A stretch of DNA of 64,000 bases from Chitinophagaceae bacterium (GCA_016721085.1 JADKJI010000002.1:83630-147629), one strand, 5' to 3'; positions 1-10,690 are shown, counted from the stretch's first letter. Numbers and translations: made by a program. Notes: a model not told the origin generated them from the letters alone.

Positions 1-477
1 CGGGTGATTGAAGATTATCCCAATAAGTTCCAAAATATAAAGGGAGAAAAGATTGGTGCGAAGGGTACCTATTCAGAATATAAGACTACCATTGAAATAC
101 CCGGCGCCGCTCCTGGTATTATCAGTTTACAGGGATTACCAGAGAAGGAACAGTATAGCTGGAAAACAGCATTGTATTCTTCAGATGATTTCAACCAATC
201 AAAAGAAAAGTTCCGGGAATTATTCAATCATATAAAGAATACCATTGTTAAAATAAACGGCCTTCCCCCCTTCATCCTTAGTGGTAATTATGAAATGCCA
301 GTTGCTGAAAGGAAATCAAATACGGTGGCTTTCCAGTTGCTTCCTTCCAATGGACAGTGGCAGCAATTAAAAGTTGAACTCGTATTACAGCAGCAGGGGC
401 AGGAATGGAAAATTCTCTTGAAAGTGTTTGATAAGGATGCAGTTGACAACTCCTCTCTGGCTAATATGGGCAGATAG
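1..477 (+). CDS. hypothetical protein, 3' part only (frame open to left window edge)
   Basis: The frame-1 ORF is open from base 1 to the TAG at 475-477. No recognisable motif. Confidence 0.35.
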   Translation, partial: RVIEDYPNKFQNIKGEKIGAKGTYSEYKTTIEIPGAAPGIISLQGLPEKEQYSWKTALYSSDDFNQSKEKFRELFNHIKNTIVKINGLPPFILSGNYEMPVAERKSNTVAFQLLPSNGQWQQLKVELVLQQQGQEWKILLKVFDKDAVDNSSLANMGR

Positions 478-582
478 GCCCAAAGCATTAACCTTTATTA
501 ACATTAAACATAGCCTGCTTAACCTGTTTTCAAATAGGTAATGGATATTTTCGTGCTTCATAACGCAAGAAAAATCCATGGC

Positions 583-3405
583 ATGAAGCAAATTTTCCTC
601 TTTTCCCTCCTGATTATAGTTTCCCTTAGTGTAGCCGCCCAAAAAAATGGAGTGGTGAAAGGACAGCTCATGGATACAATAGCTCATCAGCCGGTAGCTG
701 GTGCTACTATCACGCTAATGAAGCGTCAGGATTCTTCCCTCGTATCATTTTCCATGACCGATAACCAGGGGCGTTTTGAGTTAAGAGGGCTTCCGACAGG
801 AGATTTCAGGCTGCTGATAACACATATCAATTATCACAATAGCGTCCGCTTTTTCTCCATCACCGAAAACAAGAAAGAAGTGGATCTGGCTTCTATCACA
901 GTTTACGATAAAGCCAAGGTACTGGAGGAAGTGGTGGTTACTGCAGAGGCACCACCAGTAACGATGATTGCTGATACTATACAATATAATGCAGGCTCCT
1001 TTAAGACGCCCCCTAATGCGTCTGTAGAAGACCTATTAAAGAAACTTCCTGGTGTAAAAGTGGAGAAAGACGGTACTGTGAAAGCACAAGGAGAGAAAGT
1101 AGGTAAGGTATTGGTTGATGGGAAAGAGTTCTTTGGAAATGACCCTAAAATTGCTACCAGAAACCTACCGGCCGATGCCGTTGATAAGGTACAGGTCTAT
1201 GATAAGCAAAGTGAACAGGCACAACTTACAGGTTTTGATGATGGGAATAGCGAGAAGACCATCAACCTGAAACTGAAAAAGGATAAGAAAAAGGGCATCT
1301 TCGGAAAGGTAATGGCAGGAGCGGGTACCAACGACCGTTACGAAGGAAGGTTTAACCTGAATTCATTTAAAGGCGCCCGCCAGTTATCAGTAATAGGAAT
1401 GGGTAATAATAATAATGCTGAAGGGTTCTCCTTTTTTGATATGCTGAATTTTACCGGAGAAATGAATCGCTTGATGCAAGGAGGAAGTGGCGGTAATGTG
1501 AATATTTCTATTAATAGCGATGAAGCCGGCGGAATGGGCGGTATTGGTGGTAATTCAAATGGTATCAATACAAACAGGGCAGGGGGTATCAACTACAATA
1601 ATATTATTGGAAAGAAGACTGATTTCCAGAGTAACTATTTCTATAGCTGGTTGAACCCGGAAAGGGAGACGCATACTTCACGGAATTATTTCCTGCCCGA
1701 TTCTTCTTACTTCTATAATCAGAATCAGTTTACCGATAATATAACATCCAGTCACAGACTTAATCTTAATGCAGATATTATAATCGACTCCTTTAATTCA
1801 ATCCGAATTTCTCCTTCATTTGGTTATCAGGAAGCTAAGAATAGTTCCTATTCTGATTATGAAAATCTATCAGATATCGGACAAAGAAGTGTTGATGGCT
1901 TTAGTCGTAATCTAACTAATTCAAAGGGGTTTAATTTCAGGAATGATTTCTTATATAGAAAGAAATTTCGTCGTCGTGGAAGGACTTTCTCTCTGAGCTT
2001 ACAGAATACCTTTAATAATAGTGATGGTGAAGGCACACTTTCTTCAGTAAACAAGTATTATAATCATATCTCTAATGTTTTGCTTCGCACCGATTCTATA
2101 GACCAGCGATTTACGAATGAAGGGAATCTACAGGGATATACTGCAAGAGCTGCCTATACAGAACCGATCTTCAAGAAATCATTGATGGAATTCAGCATTT
2201 CGAAAAGTAATACTGTAAGTAAAGCTTCAAAAGAAACATTTGACCTTGACAGAAATAGCGGCAAATACGATAAACCCAATGCCTTTCTCACCAGTGATTT
2301 TAATAATAAGTACGATTATACCCAGGTGGGATGGCGTTTCCGTACCCAGAAGAAGAAATACAATTATGCATTCGGAGCCAACTGGCAGGAAGCCAATCTG
2401 AAAGGCACCATCATAGCAGGCACAAAGGATTCTGTTATTCAGAAATCGTTCCATAACATATTACCTACGGCAAGGTTCCAGTATAATTTCACTCGTTATC
2501 GTAATCTGGTGCTGAATTATTCCACTAATACTAATGCGCCATCTGCTTCTCAATTACAACCTGTACCGGATAATAGTAACCCATTGAATATAAGAATCGG
2601 TAATCCCGACCTGAAACAGGAATTCACACAGGCAATGCGTGTTCAGTTTTCAAGTATCAACCCGTTCCGTAATAAGAACCTATTCTTATTCCTGAATTTA
2701 CTTCGCACCGATAACAAGATTGTAAATGCCGATCAGTTTGTTGGACAAGTAAAAACAACCCGTCCTGTGAATGTGGATGGCATATATAACCTGAATGGGG
2801 ATATAAGTATTGGGTTTCCGTTCAGGGCTATAAATGGAACTATCAATATTAGCAGTAATGCCGGTTATTTTATCAATAAGCAGTTTGTTAATTCGGTGAT
2901 GAATACCAGTAATACATTCAGTGCTGGTCCCGATGTAAGGTTAGATATGGGTATAGGTGACAAGGTTAGTCTTAGTGTTAGTGCCGGAGTAAATTATAAT
3001 AAGACGAACTATAGTTTATCTTCTGCTCGTGATGCGAAATATCTGTCGCAGCGTTATGAAAGCAATATCGACTGGCAATTACCCAAGAACTTTTTCTTCT
3101 CTACCGATTTCACATATACGGTCAATAACCAATTGGCAGATGGTTTCAATGCCAAAGTGCCATTCTGGAATGCGAGTATCAGCAAGCAATTCCTGAAATT
3201 CAACAGAGGTGAGTTGAAGATAAAGGCTTACGATTTGCTAGATAAGAATCTCGGTATTTCAAGAACCAGTAATCAGAACTACGTAGAGGATGTACGTCAG
3301 CGTAACCTGCGTCGGTTTTTCCTGTTGAGTTTTACGTATAGTTTGAATAAGACTGGGGGAGGAGCTGGGGCTGTGCAGGGGGTGAGGATGATAGCGAGGA
3401 GGTAA
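583..3405 (+). CDS. TonB-dependent-receptor-like outer membrane beta-barrel protein with N-terminal carboxypeptidase-regulatory-like domain
   Basis: Signal peptide MKQIFLFSLLIIVSLSVAAQ at the internal Met; the ORF-track start at 541 is probably an upstream extension. A CarbopepD_reg-like segment is present (VVKGQLMD..GATITL..GRFELRGLPTGDF), followed by a plug-like segment (VEDLLKKLPGVKVEKDGTVKAQGEKVGKVLVDGKEFFG). The C-terminal region is long, rich in Asn/Tyr/Ser and looks like beta strands. Confidence 0.8.
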   Translation: MKQIFLFSLLIIVSLSVAAQKNGVVKGQLMDTIAHQPVAGATITLMKRQDSSLVSFSMTDNQGRFELRGLPTGDFRLLITHINYHNSVRFFSITENKKEVDLASITVYDKAKVLEEVVVTAEAPPVTMIADTIQYNAGSFKTPPNASVEDLLKKLPGVKVEKDGTVKAQGEKVGKVLVDGKEFFGNDPKIATRNLPADAVDKVQVYDKQSEQAQLTGFDDGNSEKTINLKLKKDKKKGIFGKVMAGAGTNDRYEGRFNLNSFKGARQLSVIGMGNNNNAEGFSFFDMLNFTGEMNRLMQGGSGGNVNISINSDEAGGMGGIGGNSNGINTNRAGGINYNNIIGKKTDFQSNYFYSWLNPERETHTSRNYFLPDSSYFYNQNQFTDNITSSHRLNLNADIIIDSFNSIRISPSFGYQEAKNSSYSDYENLSDIGQRSVDGFSRNLTNSKGFNFRNDFLYRKKFRRRGRTFSLSLQNTFNNSDGEGTLSSVNKYYNHISNVLLRTDSIDQRFTNEGNLQGYTARAAYTEPIFKKSLMEFSISKSNTVSKASKETFDLDRNSGKYDKPNAFLTSDFNNKYDYTQVGWRFRTQKKKYNYAFGANWQEANLKGTIIAGTKDSVIQKSFHNILPTARFQYNFTRYRNLVLNYSTNTNAPSASQLQPVPDNSNPLNIRIGNPDLKQEFTQAMRVQFSSINPFRNKNLFLFLNLLRTDNKIVNADQFVGQVKTTRPVNVDGIYNLNGDISIGFPFRAINGTINISSNAGYFINKQFVNSVMNTSNTFSAGPDVRLDMGIGDKVSLSVSAGVNYNKTNYSLSSARDAKYLSQRYESNIDWQLPKNFFFSTDFTYTVNNQLADGFNAKVPFWNASISKQFLKFNRGELKIKAYDLLDKNLGISRTSNQNYVEDVRQRNLRRFFLLSFTYSLNKTGGGAGAVQGVRMIARR

Positions 3406-3441
3406 TTTGAAAATTTGATGATTTGAGAATTTGGGAATGAA
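3404..3441. repeat. degenerate 8-nt stutter (AATTTGAA AATTTGAT GATTTGAG AATTTGGG AATG)
   Basis: TTTG recurs at 3406, 3414, 3422 and 3430, a spacing of exactly 8 nt. The word is the reverse complement of the perfect (ATTTTCAA)x4 array at 48881. Confidence 0.8.
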
Positions 3442-3456
3442 CAGCCAATACAGTTT

Positions 3457-3506
3457 ACTGCGGAGGCGCAGGGAGGAATTCCTCTGCGTCTCCGCGTCTC
3501 TGCGGT
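3457..3506. repeat. GC-rich palindrome family B, copy 1 (left arm truncated)
   Basis: GCGGAGGCGCAGGGAGG-AATT-CCTCTGCGTCTCCGC followed by GTCTCTGCGGT. It lies 52 nt downstream of the stop at 3405. Confidence 0.8.
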
Positions 3507-3596
3507 TATAAAATAATAATTAATATAACTATTGATTTGATAACAACTTTCAACATATAACTTTTCCGTAAATTAGACCAACCATCAACCTATCCA

Positions 3597-4307
3597 ATGA
3601 TCGATTTCCTTCAAAATCTGCAAACGGAAGAGCATAACTTCCAGGAAGCTTTTGTTTCTAAAAGGCACGCGAAAGTAAAAACCGGGCAAATCCCAACTTC
3701 AAAAGACATCACCGGTATAGAAGTGCGATTATCTGATGTAGTTATCATCGATAATAAAACACCAAAAGTGTTTCCCTTTCCCGGACTGGCAAAAGTGTAT
3801 TTCATCAATATGATATTGTCTGATGTAGGCACTACTCCAATCACCATTGACCTCAACGGTTTTGAGAAAGTGGATGATAATTATAAGTTGTCGCTCGACA
3901 GAACCTTATTCTCCTGGAAGCAGAAGGCGAATAGCACTGCCGAAGGACCTTCACAGATTCATGTATTCTCTTCCCTTATAAAAAGCAAACAATCGCTCAG
4001 AGATGTGGCCAAGATAATGGCAGATGTAAAGGCCGATAAGAAATTCCAGGGACTAGCCGATGAATTGGCTACCCTTCTAAAAAAGGCAGGTACTGTAACC
4101 AATATCAGTAGTCTGGTTTTTGAACTGGCAGGAATTGTAGGTGGGTTTCTGGGCAAGGTAGAAGACAAACCATTGCTTACCTGGGTGCAGAGCTTTACCG
4201 ACCTTAATGGTGACTTTGATGTTCTGGGTAAAACAGCGAAAAGCGCTGAGAATAAGTTTGCCTCGATGAAACTTTCTATCACTATTCGTGATAAAGGCAA
4301 AAACTGA
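3597..4307 (+). CDS. hypothetical cytoplasmic protein (no recognisable family)
   Basis: Clean 236-aa ORF with no signal peptide or TM segment. The C-terminal half is helical and lysine-rich, with a small-residue segment AGIVGGFLG. Confidence 0.5.
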   Translation: MIDFLQNLQTEEHNFQEAFVSKRHAKVKTGQIPTSKDITGIEVRLSDVVIIDNKTPKVFPFPGLAKVYFINMILSDVGTTPITIDLNGFEKVDDNYKLSLDRTLFSWKQKANSTAEGPSQIHVFSSLIKSKQSLRDVAKIMADVKADKKFQGLADELATLLKKAGTVTNISSLVFELAGIVGGFLGKVEDKPLLTWVQSFTDLNGDFDVLGKTAKSAENKFASMKLSITIRDKGKN

Positions 4308-4345
4308 TTCCCAACGCTTCCCTTATATAACAGGGGTTTGGTTCC

Positions 4346-5557
4346 TTATATAGCTCCCATGGAAGCAAAAGCTACCAGACGCAGGTCGGCTGCTTTTACT
4401 ACTTTTTCATTTTTCTTTTGTTTCCTGAAAATCACTTCTTCATATGCTTGAGCAATGATGCGATAGCCTTTTGATTTGAGATGAATCTCATCGAACCAAT
4501 CATCTGGACGTTCTGCTACATTACGGCAATCGATATGGAATACATTTGGGAAACGATAGCTGCCATCAGCATCTTTGAATTCAGCGAGCTCAATGAACAT
4601 CTCATTCACTTTATCAATGAAATAGCGCATTGCTGCCTGCTGTGTAGCTTCATCAGATACTCCTTTCAATAAGAGAGGTTCGCTTAACCAGTTTCCAGTA
4701 TTAGAGAGTAGATTAATTACTGCTTGAATAGGATTTGACCAGCTCTGTACTTTTTTGGGATTAGGCAATGCATAGTCATAACCCTGAGTTATCACCAGCA
4801 TATCTTCGAACTTGTGTGAAGCTTTCAATCCTTCGAACAAAACCCAATATTGAGTTTTCAACGTCCAGATAAATGCATGGAAACGGTCGTTGATCAGTTT
4901 CTCGATATGCAATTCTGTATCATGATTGATATGCATTTCAGGTTTATTCAGCATATAAGAGAGGCGAAGACTTCCGCAGAAATCATTTCCTCCTGCACTG
5001 ATAAGGAATACATCGGGTTCAATAAGCGACAATTGTTCGATGTATTTACCTTCATATATCATATTCGCCATCCAGTCGCCGGCAGATGCCATTGAGTATA
5101 GGTTGATTGCTTTATTTTCCTGTAACCAATCGTTGATATCTTTTACATATAGGGGATAACAGAACCATGAATCACCTTCAGCCACAACAGTTTTTGAATT
5201 CAGGTTAAAGCGTTGGTCGGCTTTTATGCGGTGATAGAATTTGTTGTACCTCTTTTTTTGTTTACGACGATTGAACCATGCAAGCGATCCATGATTGCCA
5301 TCCGATTCTTTATGAAGGGAGGCTTCATTCATGTCGTAGATGCGGCGGATATTATCGCGGAGGTCTTCAAATGTGATAGCTTCGTCTCCTTTTTTGCCTA
5401 CCAGTTCCATGAAATGTTCTTGTGTGAATTCGGTAGGATTTTTGACCATCAGGTCTAGCAGATCTTTCTTGTTCATACCAGTTGAGAGGTTGTTGAAAGA
5501 ATATATTGATTTGGCAGTTTGGGAATTTTCCATAAAAAAATATTTATCAGGATACAA
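4346..5557 (-). CDS. SGNH/GDSL-family hydrolase with about 120-aa N-terminal extension
   Basis: SGNH blocks are readable: GDSW (block I), SAGGND (block III) and DEIHL (block V, DxxH). No signal peptide. An alternative start MENSQ lies at 5533. Confidence 0.65.
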   Translation of the reverse strand: MYPDKYFFMENSQTAKSIYSFNNLSTGMNKKDLLDLMVKNPTEFTQEHFMELVGKKGDEAITFEDLRDNIRRIYDMNEASLHKESDGNHGSLAWFNRRKQKKRYNKFYHRIKADQRFNLNSKTVVAEGDSWFCYPLYVKDINDWLQENKAINLYSMASAGDWMANMIYEGKYIEQLSLIEPDVFLISAGGNDFCGSLRLSYMLNKPEMHINHDTELHIEKLINDRFHAFIWTLKTQYWVLFEGLKASHKFEDMLVITQGYDYALPNPKKVQSWSNPIQAVINLLSNTGNWLSEPLLLKGVSDEATQQAAMRYFIDKVNEMFIELAEFKDADGSYRFPNVFHIDCRNVAERPDDWFDEIHLKSKGYRIIAQAYEEVIFRKQKKNEKVVKAADLRLVAFASMGAI

Positions 5558-5759
5558 GGTAAGTCAGTAATGCGGTTCGCTGAACGCCCTGAACCAAAAT
5601 CAGGTCGCTGCCAACCACTATCAGTTTTTGACTGGCTTTATATCTGATTAAAATCAGTTTTTATGTTGTTATAGGGCTTGGAACAGCATTTTCTGCAATG
5701 AAATTTAGCAGCAAGTTCAATTATTTTAACTGGCTAACAAGTGTTCATATAAAACAGAA

Positions 5760-5790
5760 AACCGCAGCATTTGCTGCGGTTCTTGTTTTT
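5760..5790 (-). terminator. rho-independent terminator downstream of the T9SS cargo gene
   Basis: 9-bp stem AACCGCAGC/GCTGCGGTT (5760-5781) with a 4-nt loop. It is flanked by T-runs on both strands and lies 60 nt after the stop at 5841. Confidence 0.7.
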
Positions 5791-5840
5791 GTAATAATCA
5801 AAACCCTGGGAACTAGCGACTGGTAATCGAAAAAATATTT

Positions 5841-7100
5841 TTAGTTAATCATGATTTTTTGTGACTGAAGACTATCATCAACTTTGATAACGGCTATATA
5901 GTTACCTGAAGTGATATTACCTGGCTTAGTAATTGAAAGGTTGTTACTTCCTTGTTGCAGTTGCATTGTTTGGCTGCTAACCATACGACCATTAAGATCG
6001 ATCAGTTGTAAAGTAGCTTGCTGATTTTTTGTAGCAGAAACAGAAACCGTTGCAGTGCTGCTGATAACACTAGGGTAAACTTTAAAGTTATTATTTACTG
6101 CTTCACCTGCACGAATCACTAATACATTGCTGTATTGAACGGCTCCACTTACAGTAACCATCTTAAGACGATAGTAGCTGGTTGTGCTGAAGTTATTGTC
6201 AGTGAAAGTGAAACTGCTTTTGTTCATTTCATTGCTTGTCCAAACAATTCCTACAGAACCGAAGGCTGAAGGGTTTGAAGCTTTCTCGATTACAACCGAA
6301 CGTACATCGTTGATTTGAGTAAGTGTGAAGTTCAGATCAACGGTATTGTTACGTTTAACACCTTTGAAATCTTTCAGAGCTGGAGCAGCAAGAATAGAAT
6401 TCTGATAAGCAAAGCGCATGAAGTACATGCTTGCATAACGTGTGCTGTTTGCAGTTGTAAGGTTATTAGCCCCTACACGGTATGTAAAAGAACTAACATT
6501 GTTCTTCATTACAGTAAACATAACTTCGTATGCGGCTGTATCTACAGAAGCACCAAATAATACTCCAGTGCTATTAGTAGCGGTAAAGGCGGTGCCTTGG
6601 TTGCTAATCATTAATTCGCCTCCTAATAAGTCGAAGTCTACAACACCACCACCCATATCGATACGGTTGAACTCATAAAGTTTGCTACCGTTCTTGGCCA
6701 ACTGACCATCGATATCCAAACCTGATGCATCCATCTTAGGTTGTGCTACTACGGTATTTGTACCTGCAGAAACGAAGCTGATAGTAAATTCAGCATATGC
6801 GTTAGTGGATGCATTGATAGTATACTGAGGTTGGAAGGCTTCCTGAAAACCATCAATTGTACGGTCGATGTTTGTAAGAGTAATTCCAGGCATAACGGTA
6901 GAGATAGTTACCAATGCATCAAAACCTGTCTTAACATTTGGGAAACGGTAAACAGCGCCAGCTTGAAGAGCTGAACCACTTTCTAAACTTGGGTTTGAGA
7001 ACTGATAATCAGGCTGAGCTTGTGCCAGGAAGGCAACAGAAATTAATAAAGAAGATAAAATGCCTTTAACGGCTGTGAACAGGGTACCATTCGTTTGCAT
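5841..7100 (-). CDS. secreted protein with T9SS (Por) type-A C-terminal sorting domain
   Basis: N-terminal signal sequence (LLISVAFLAQAQ). The last roughly 80 aa (KVYPSVISSTATVSV...LIDLNGRMV...GNYIAVIKVDD...KIMIN) match the usual T9SS CTD pattern. Confidence 0.8.
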   Translation of the reverse strand: MQTNGTLFTAVKGILSSLLISVAFLAQAQPDYQFSNPSLESGSALQAGAVYRFPNVKTGFDALVTISTVMPGITLTNIDRTIDGFQEAFQPQYTINASTNAYAEFTISFVSAGTNTVVAQPKMDASGLDIDGQLAKNGSKLYEFNRIDMGGGVVDFDLLGGELMISNQGTAFTATNSTGVLFGASVDTAAYEVMFTVMKNNVSSFTYRVGANNLTTANSTRYASMYFMRFAYQNSILAAPALKDFKGVKRNNTVDLNFTLTQINDVRSVVIEKASNPSAFGSVGIVWTSNEMNKSSFTFTDNNFSTTSYYRLKMVTVSGAVQYSNVLVIRAGEAVNNNFKVYPSVISSTATVSVSATKNQQATLQLIDLNGRMVSSQTMQLQQGSNNLSITKPGNITSGNYIAVIKVDDSLQSQKIMIN

Positions 7101-7415
7101 AACTTAAATTTCAAAGGGTAAAGAAAAAAGTACGAATGGTTTTTCAGGATAGCGATGCGAGGTGTTACATACGATATTGGAGTTGGAAATAATTAACTGC
7201 GATCAACAGGGTAAACGTATAGTGAATTTTTAAAAAATGCAAGGTAATTGTGGTTTTCCGCAGTTCGTAGATTTACGATATATACGGTATTAATACTGCT
7301 TATCAATTAATTATAACGCCAAAAAAGATGAAAAATTTTCAAAAAAAACTTTTGCAGAAATCCGTAATGAGCTGATATATGGCAAGTTTGGAGGTTATTG
7401 ACGTTCTTAAAATTA

Positions 7416-7457
7416 AAAAGAGACAGGATTGTGGAATTCCACATACCTGTCTCCTTT
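7416..7457 (-). terminator. rho-independent terminator of the GLPGLI gene
   Basis: Long hairpin GAGACAGG..TGTGGAATTCCACA..CCTGTCTC. On the minus strand it is followed by TTTTTAATTTT. It lies about 50 nt after the stop at 7504. Confidence 0.7.
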
Positions 7458-7503
7458 CAATATCTGCAAGCCGGGTCAACCGGTTTTTTCGGGTCTTCTG
7501 TTT

Positions 7504-8328
7504 TTAGTTGCTGATACGTATGGTTCTTCCAGGACCGCCGTTATTCCTTCCCATTTCCTCAAACATCTTGTCCCTTTCCTTATTGAATTCAGCTGGTGTT
7601 AGCTTTTTAGCCCCTTTTGGCTCCTTTATAGAGGCTATATCCACTTTTGGACTGATTTCCAATGCCTGGTAGATGGTTTTACCATTATTAATATCCAGTT
7701 CCAGGATCATTCCAGGCAGTTGTGCCTGATATTCAGCAGGTCCGCTGCTAACAGGAATATCACTGGCAAACCAGGCTATTATATAAGAGGTGTCGGCTAT
7801 TTCCTTTCTTTCCATTTTCCCATTGTCCATATTCATCATCATACGGGTCCCAATCTTTTGGCTGGTAGCTTTACGGCACAGATGCCCTAAAATGGTCTTA
7901 GTTTCCTCACTCAGCTTCCAGTTCATAGGCTTGATGCTGTCTTCCACTATGAACTTTTTTGTTCCTAATTCGCGCAGTTCCACTTTTCTTGTTGTTTCGA
8001 GCTGACTATACAATACATCATCACTACCTGCGCCAATCATTCTAATCTGCATTCCACCAACTGCCTGTCCACTCCCCATATCGTCCTGTGGCTCTTCTTC
8101 CATCTGTTTCCAAATTGTAGTATTATTGGCAAAAGAGAGTTCAAATTTGTCTTTTCTTGTTTTTGGCAGCATGTTCTGAATAGCTTCATCATTCCCACCG
8201 TCATTCGTGGCAATACGGATCTGCATCTGTACCGTGCGCTCAAAAACTACTTTCCCTTGGGTTTGTTGGGCCGTAGCGCTGAATAGTGCCCCTGTAGCCA
8301 ATAGTGTGATTGCAAATAACTTCATCAT
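7504..8328 (-). CDS. GLPGLI family protein
   Basis: Signal peptide MMKLFAITLLATGALFSATAQ. The family-defining motif is present as QLPGMILELD. Size and layout are typical of the Bacteroidota GLPGLI family. Confidence 0.75.
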   Translation of the reverse strand: MMKLFAITLLATGALFSATAQQTQGKVVFERTVQMQIRIATNDGGNDEAIQNMLPKTRKDKFELSFANNTTIWKQMEEEPQDDMGSGQAVGGMQIRMIGAGSDDVLYSQLETTRKVELRELGTKKFIVEDSIKPMNWKLSEETKTILGHLCRKATSQKIGTRMMMNMDNGKMERKEIADTSYIIAWFASDIPVSSGPAEYQAQLPGMILELDINNGKTIYQALEISPKVDIASIKEPKGAKKLTPAEFNKERDKMFEEMGRNNGGPGRTIRISN

Positions 8329-8453
8329 TTCAGTTTGTTTTCACCAAAGTTAAAGTACAGGGCTTTCTCTACAGGTTAATGCAACTGGATTTAATGTTAA
8401 TTAAGGTTAAGGCGCCGGTAGCTTTTTGATTGCATGTACTACTTTTACAATCC

Positions 8454-9989
8454 ATGAGTCAGCGCCGCTTACATATTACACTCTTCCTGATGGTATTCGC
8501 CATCATTGCTGTTGGTGCTTTCCAATCTTATTGGTTGATCAAGAATTATAAGGAAGAAAAAAAACTTTTACAGCTGCGAACGAATGTTTTATTCAGGGAT
8601 GCAGTCAACCAGGTGCAATTGGAAAAGATTGAACTCGATTCAAATATCAAGATAAGGGTTACCAGTAATAGTAACCCGCTCGGAATGATGAATGCTATTA
8701 GAAGAAGGGTGGAGTTAGATACCACAAATTTCATTGGTACTAAAGGGGCTGTAATGATTACAGTAAACAGGGAAAATGCTGAGGGTGTCAGACTTGCGGA
8801 AGGTATGCCCATCGATATTGATTCTGTAAAGCAAACTGTTCAGTTTTTTAAAAAGCCTGGCAGTACAGGATTGATACAGGTACTTCAGGGTGTGGACTCC
8901 CTTCAAGACTCATTGACTATAAAAGAAATCAGTACCCGGTATGAGAAATTATTAAAGATTGAGAAGATTGATCTGCCGTTTACCATATCAAGAAGGGAAG
9001 CCAAATTTACAGATGACATTGAGGCACAGGGAATGACCAATGGCAACGAAGTAACCGTAGGATTTTTTAAACCGCTAACTTTTTCTTTATCCCTTCAACA
9101 AACAACATCATATTTATTCAGGAAATTATTGCAACCCATACTGGTTTCTATATTCCTTGTTGGCATCACTCTTATCTCTTTCCTCGTCCTGTATAGAAAC
9201 CTTATCCAGCAGCGACGTTTAGCTGAGCAGAAGAATGAATTCGTTAGTAATATCACTCACGAATTAAAAACACCTATTGCAACAGTTGGTGTAGCTATTG
9301 AAGCATTGAAAAACTTTAATGCTTTAAAAGATCCTGAACGTACAAAAGAGTATCTCGATATTTCTTCTTCAGAAATTCATAGGTTGGGATTATTGGTTGA
9401 TAAGGTTTTGAAATTATCCTTATTTGAAAATAAAGCAATCACCCTCCAAAAGGAGAATGTGGATGTATTACAGCTTACCAACGAAGTGGTTTCTTCTATG
9501 AAGCTGCAATTTGAAAAGCAACATGCTAATGTTTCGGTTGAAAGTATTGGCGAGAAATTCATCATCGAAGCAGATAAACTTCATATCAGCAGTGTTGTCT
9601 ATAACCTTCTCGACAATGCCCTTAAGTACAGCACTGGAAATCCTGAAATATCAATTTTGCTCACTTCTCATAAAGAACATATTTCTCTTCAGGTTAGTGA
9701 TAAAGGAATGGGAATAGCTGATGAATACAGGAATAAGATATTTGAGAAATTCTTCAGGATACCCGGAGGGGACAGACATAATATAAAAGGGTATGGACTT
9801 GGATTGAGTTATGTGAATCATATCGTTCGTCAGCATCAGGGTTTTATAGAAGTAAAAAGTGCGAAAGGTGAAGGCAGTACCTTTACAGTAAACATACCTT
9901 ACAAAAGTTCTGACGTAGTACAGTTTGATGAAAACAAATCTGTGGCAAGCGGGAGCAACTCGTTTTTTAAAAGGAATAGCACCACATAA
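8454..9989 (+). CDS. sensor histidine kinase (two TM segments, HisKA + HATPase_c)
   Basis: H-box ITHELKTPIATV, N-box LLDNALKY, G-boxes DKGMGI and GYGLGLSYV. The start is placed at the internal Met (MSQRRLHITLFLMVF); the ORF track starts at 8430. Confidence 0.9.
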   Translation: MSQRRLHITLFLMVFAIIAVGAFQSYWLIKNYKEEKKLLQLRTNVLFRDAVNQVQLEKIELDSNIKIRVTSNSNPLGMMNAIRRRVELDTTNFIGTKGAVMITVNRENAEGVRLAEGMPIDIDSVKQTVQFFKKPGSTGLIQVLQGVDSLQDSLTIKEISTRYEKLLKIEKIDLPFTISRREAKFTDDIEAQGMTNGNEVTVGFFKPLTFSLSLQQTTSYLFRKLLQPILVSIFLVGITLISFLVLYRNLIQQRRLAEQKNEFVSNITHELKTPIATVGVAIEALKNFNALKDPERTKEYLDISSSEIHRLGLLVDKVLKLSLFENKAITLQKENVDVLQLTNEVVSSMKLQFEKQHANVSVESIGEKFIIEADKLHISSVVYNLLDNALKYSTGNPEISILLTSHKEHISLQVSDKGMGIADEYRNKIFEKFFRIPGGDRHNIKGYGLGLSYVNHIVRQHQGFIEVKSAKGEGSTFTVNIPYKSSDVVQFDENKSVASGSNSFFKRNSTT

Positions 9990-10000
9990 AAAAGCAATAA

Positions 10001-10690
10001 ATGAGTCGAATTAAGATTTTATATGTGGAAGACGAGGTTTTTTTAGGCAAGATTGTAAAAGAAAGTCTTGAAAGTCGCGATTATGAAGTGGTGATGGAAA
10101 GTGATGGTGCACTGGCTGTTCCAACCTTCAAACGAATTGTTCCTGATATCTGTGTGTTGGATGTAATGCTTCCGAATAAAGATGGATTCACAATTGCAGA
10201 AGAAATTCGCCAACTTAACCCACAAGTGCCTATTATTTTTCTTACTGCTAAAACTCAAACTAGTGATCTTGTTAAAGGCTTCACTACCGGTGCCAATGAT
10301 TATATAAGGAAGCCCTTCAGTATGGAAGAACTGATTGTTAGGGTTGAAAATGCTTTAAGATATAAGGTAGAGGGAAAGAAACCCGGTGTAACAGAACTTC
10401 TAAGCATTGGCAGTTATACCTTTCATCCAAATCGTCAAACCCTGGCTGGCAAACTGGAAGAGAAAAAATTATCATTCAGGGAAGCAGAGTTGTTGAAACT
10501 ACTTTACGAAAATCGTGATAAGATTATAGACAGGAAAGATATTCTCAATCTTTTATGGGGAAACGACTCTTTTTTCAACTCCCGTAACCTAGATGTATAC
10601 ATCACTAAACTACGCAGCTATCTTAAAGAAGACGATAGTTTGGAGATCATCACCATAAAGGGAATTGGTTACCGCTTTGTGATTGGGTAG
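10001..10690 (+). CDS. OmpR/PhoB-family response regulator
   Basis: Receiver motifs YVEDE, DVMLPNKDG and GANDYIRKPF. C-terminal winged helix ending KGIGYRFV. It lies 11 nt downstream of the kinase gene. Confidence 0.95.
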   Translation: MSRIKILYVEDEVFLGKIVKESLESRDYEVVMESDGALAVPTFKRIVPDICVLDVMLPNKDGFTIAEEIRQLNPQVPIIFLTAKTQTSDLVKGFTTGANDYIRKPFSMEELIVRVENALRYKVEGKKPGVTELLSIGSYTFHPNRQTLAGKLEEKKLSFREAELLKLLYENRDKIIDRKDILNLLWGNDSFFNSRNLDVYITKLRSYLKEDDSLEIITIKGIGYRFVIG

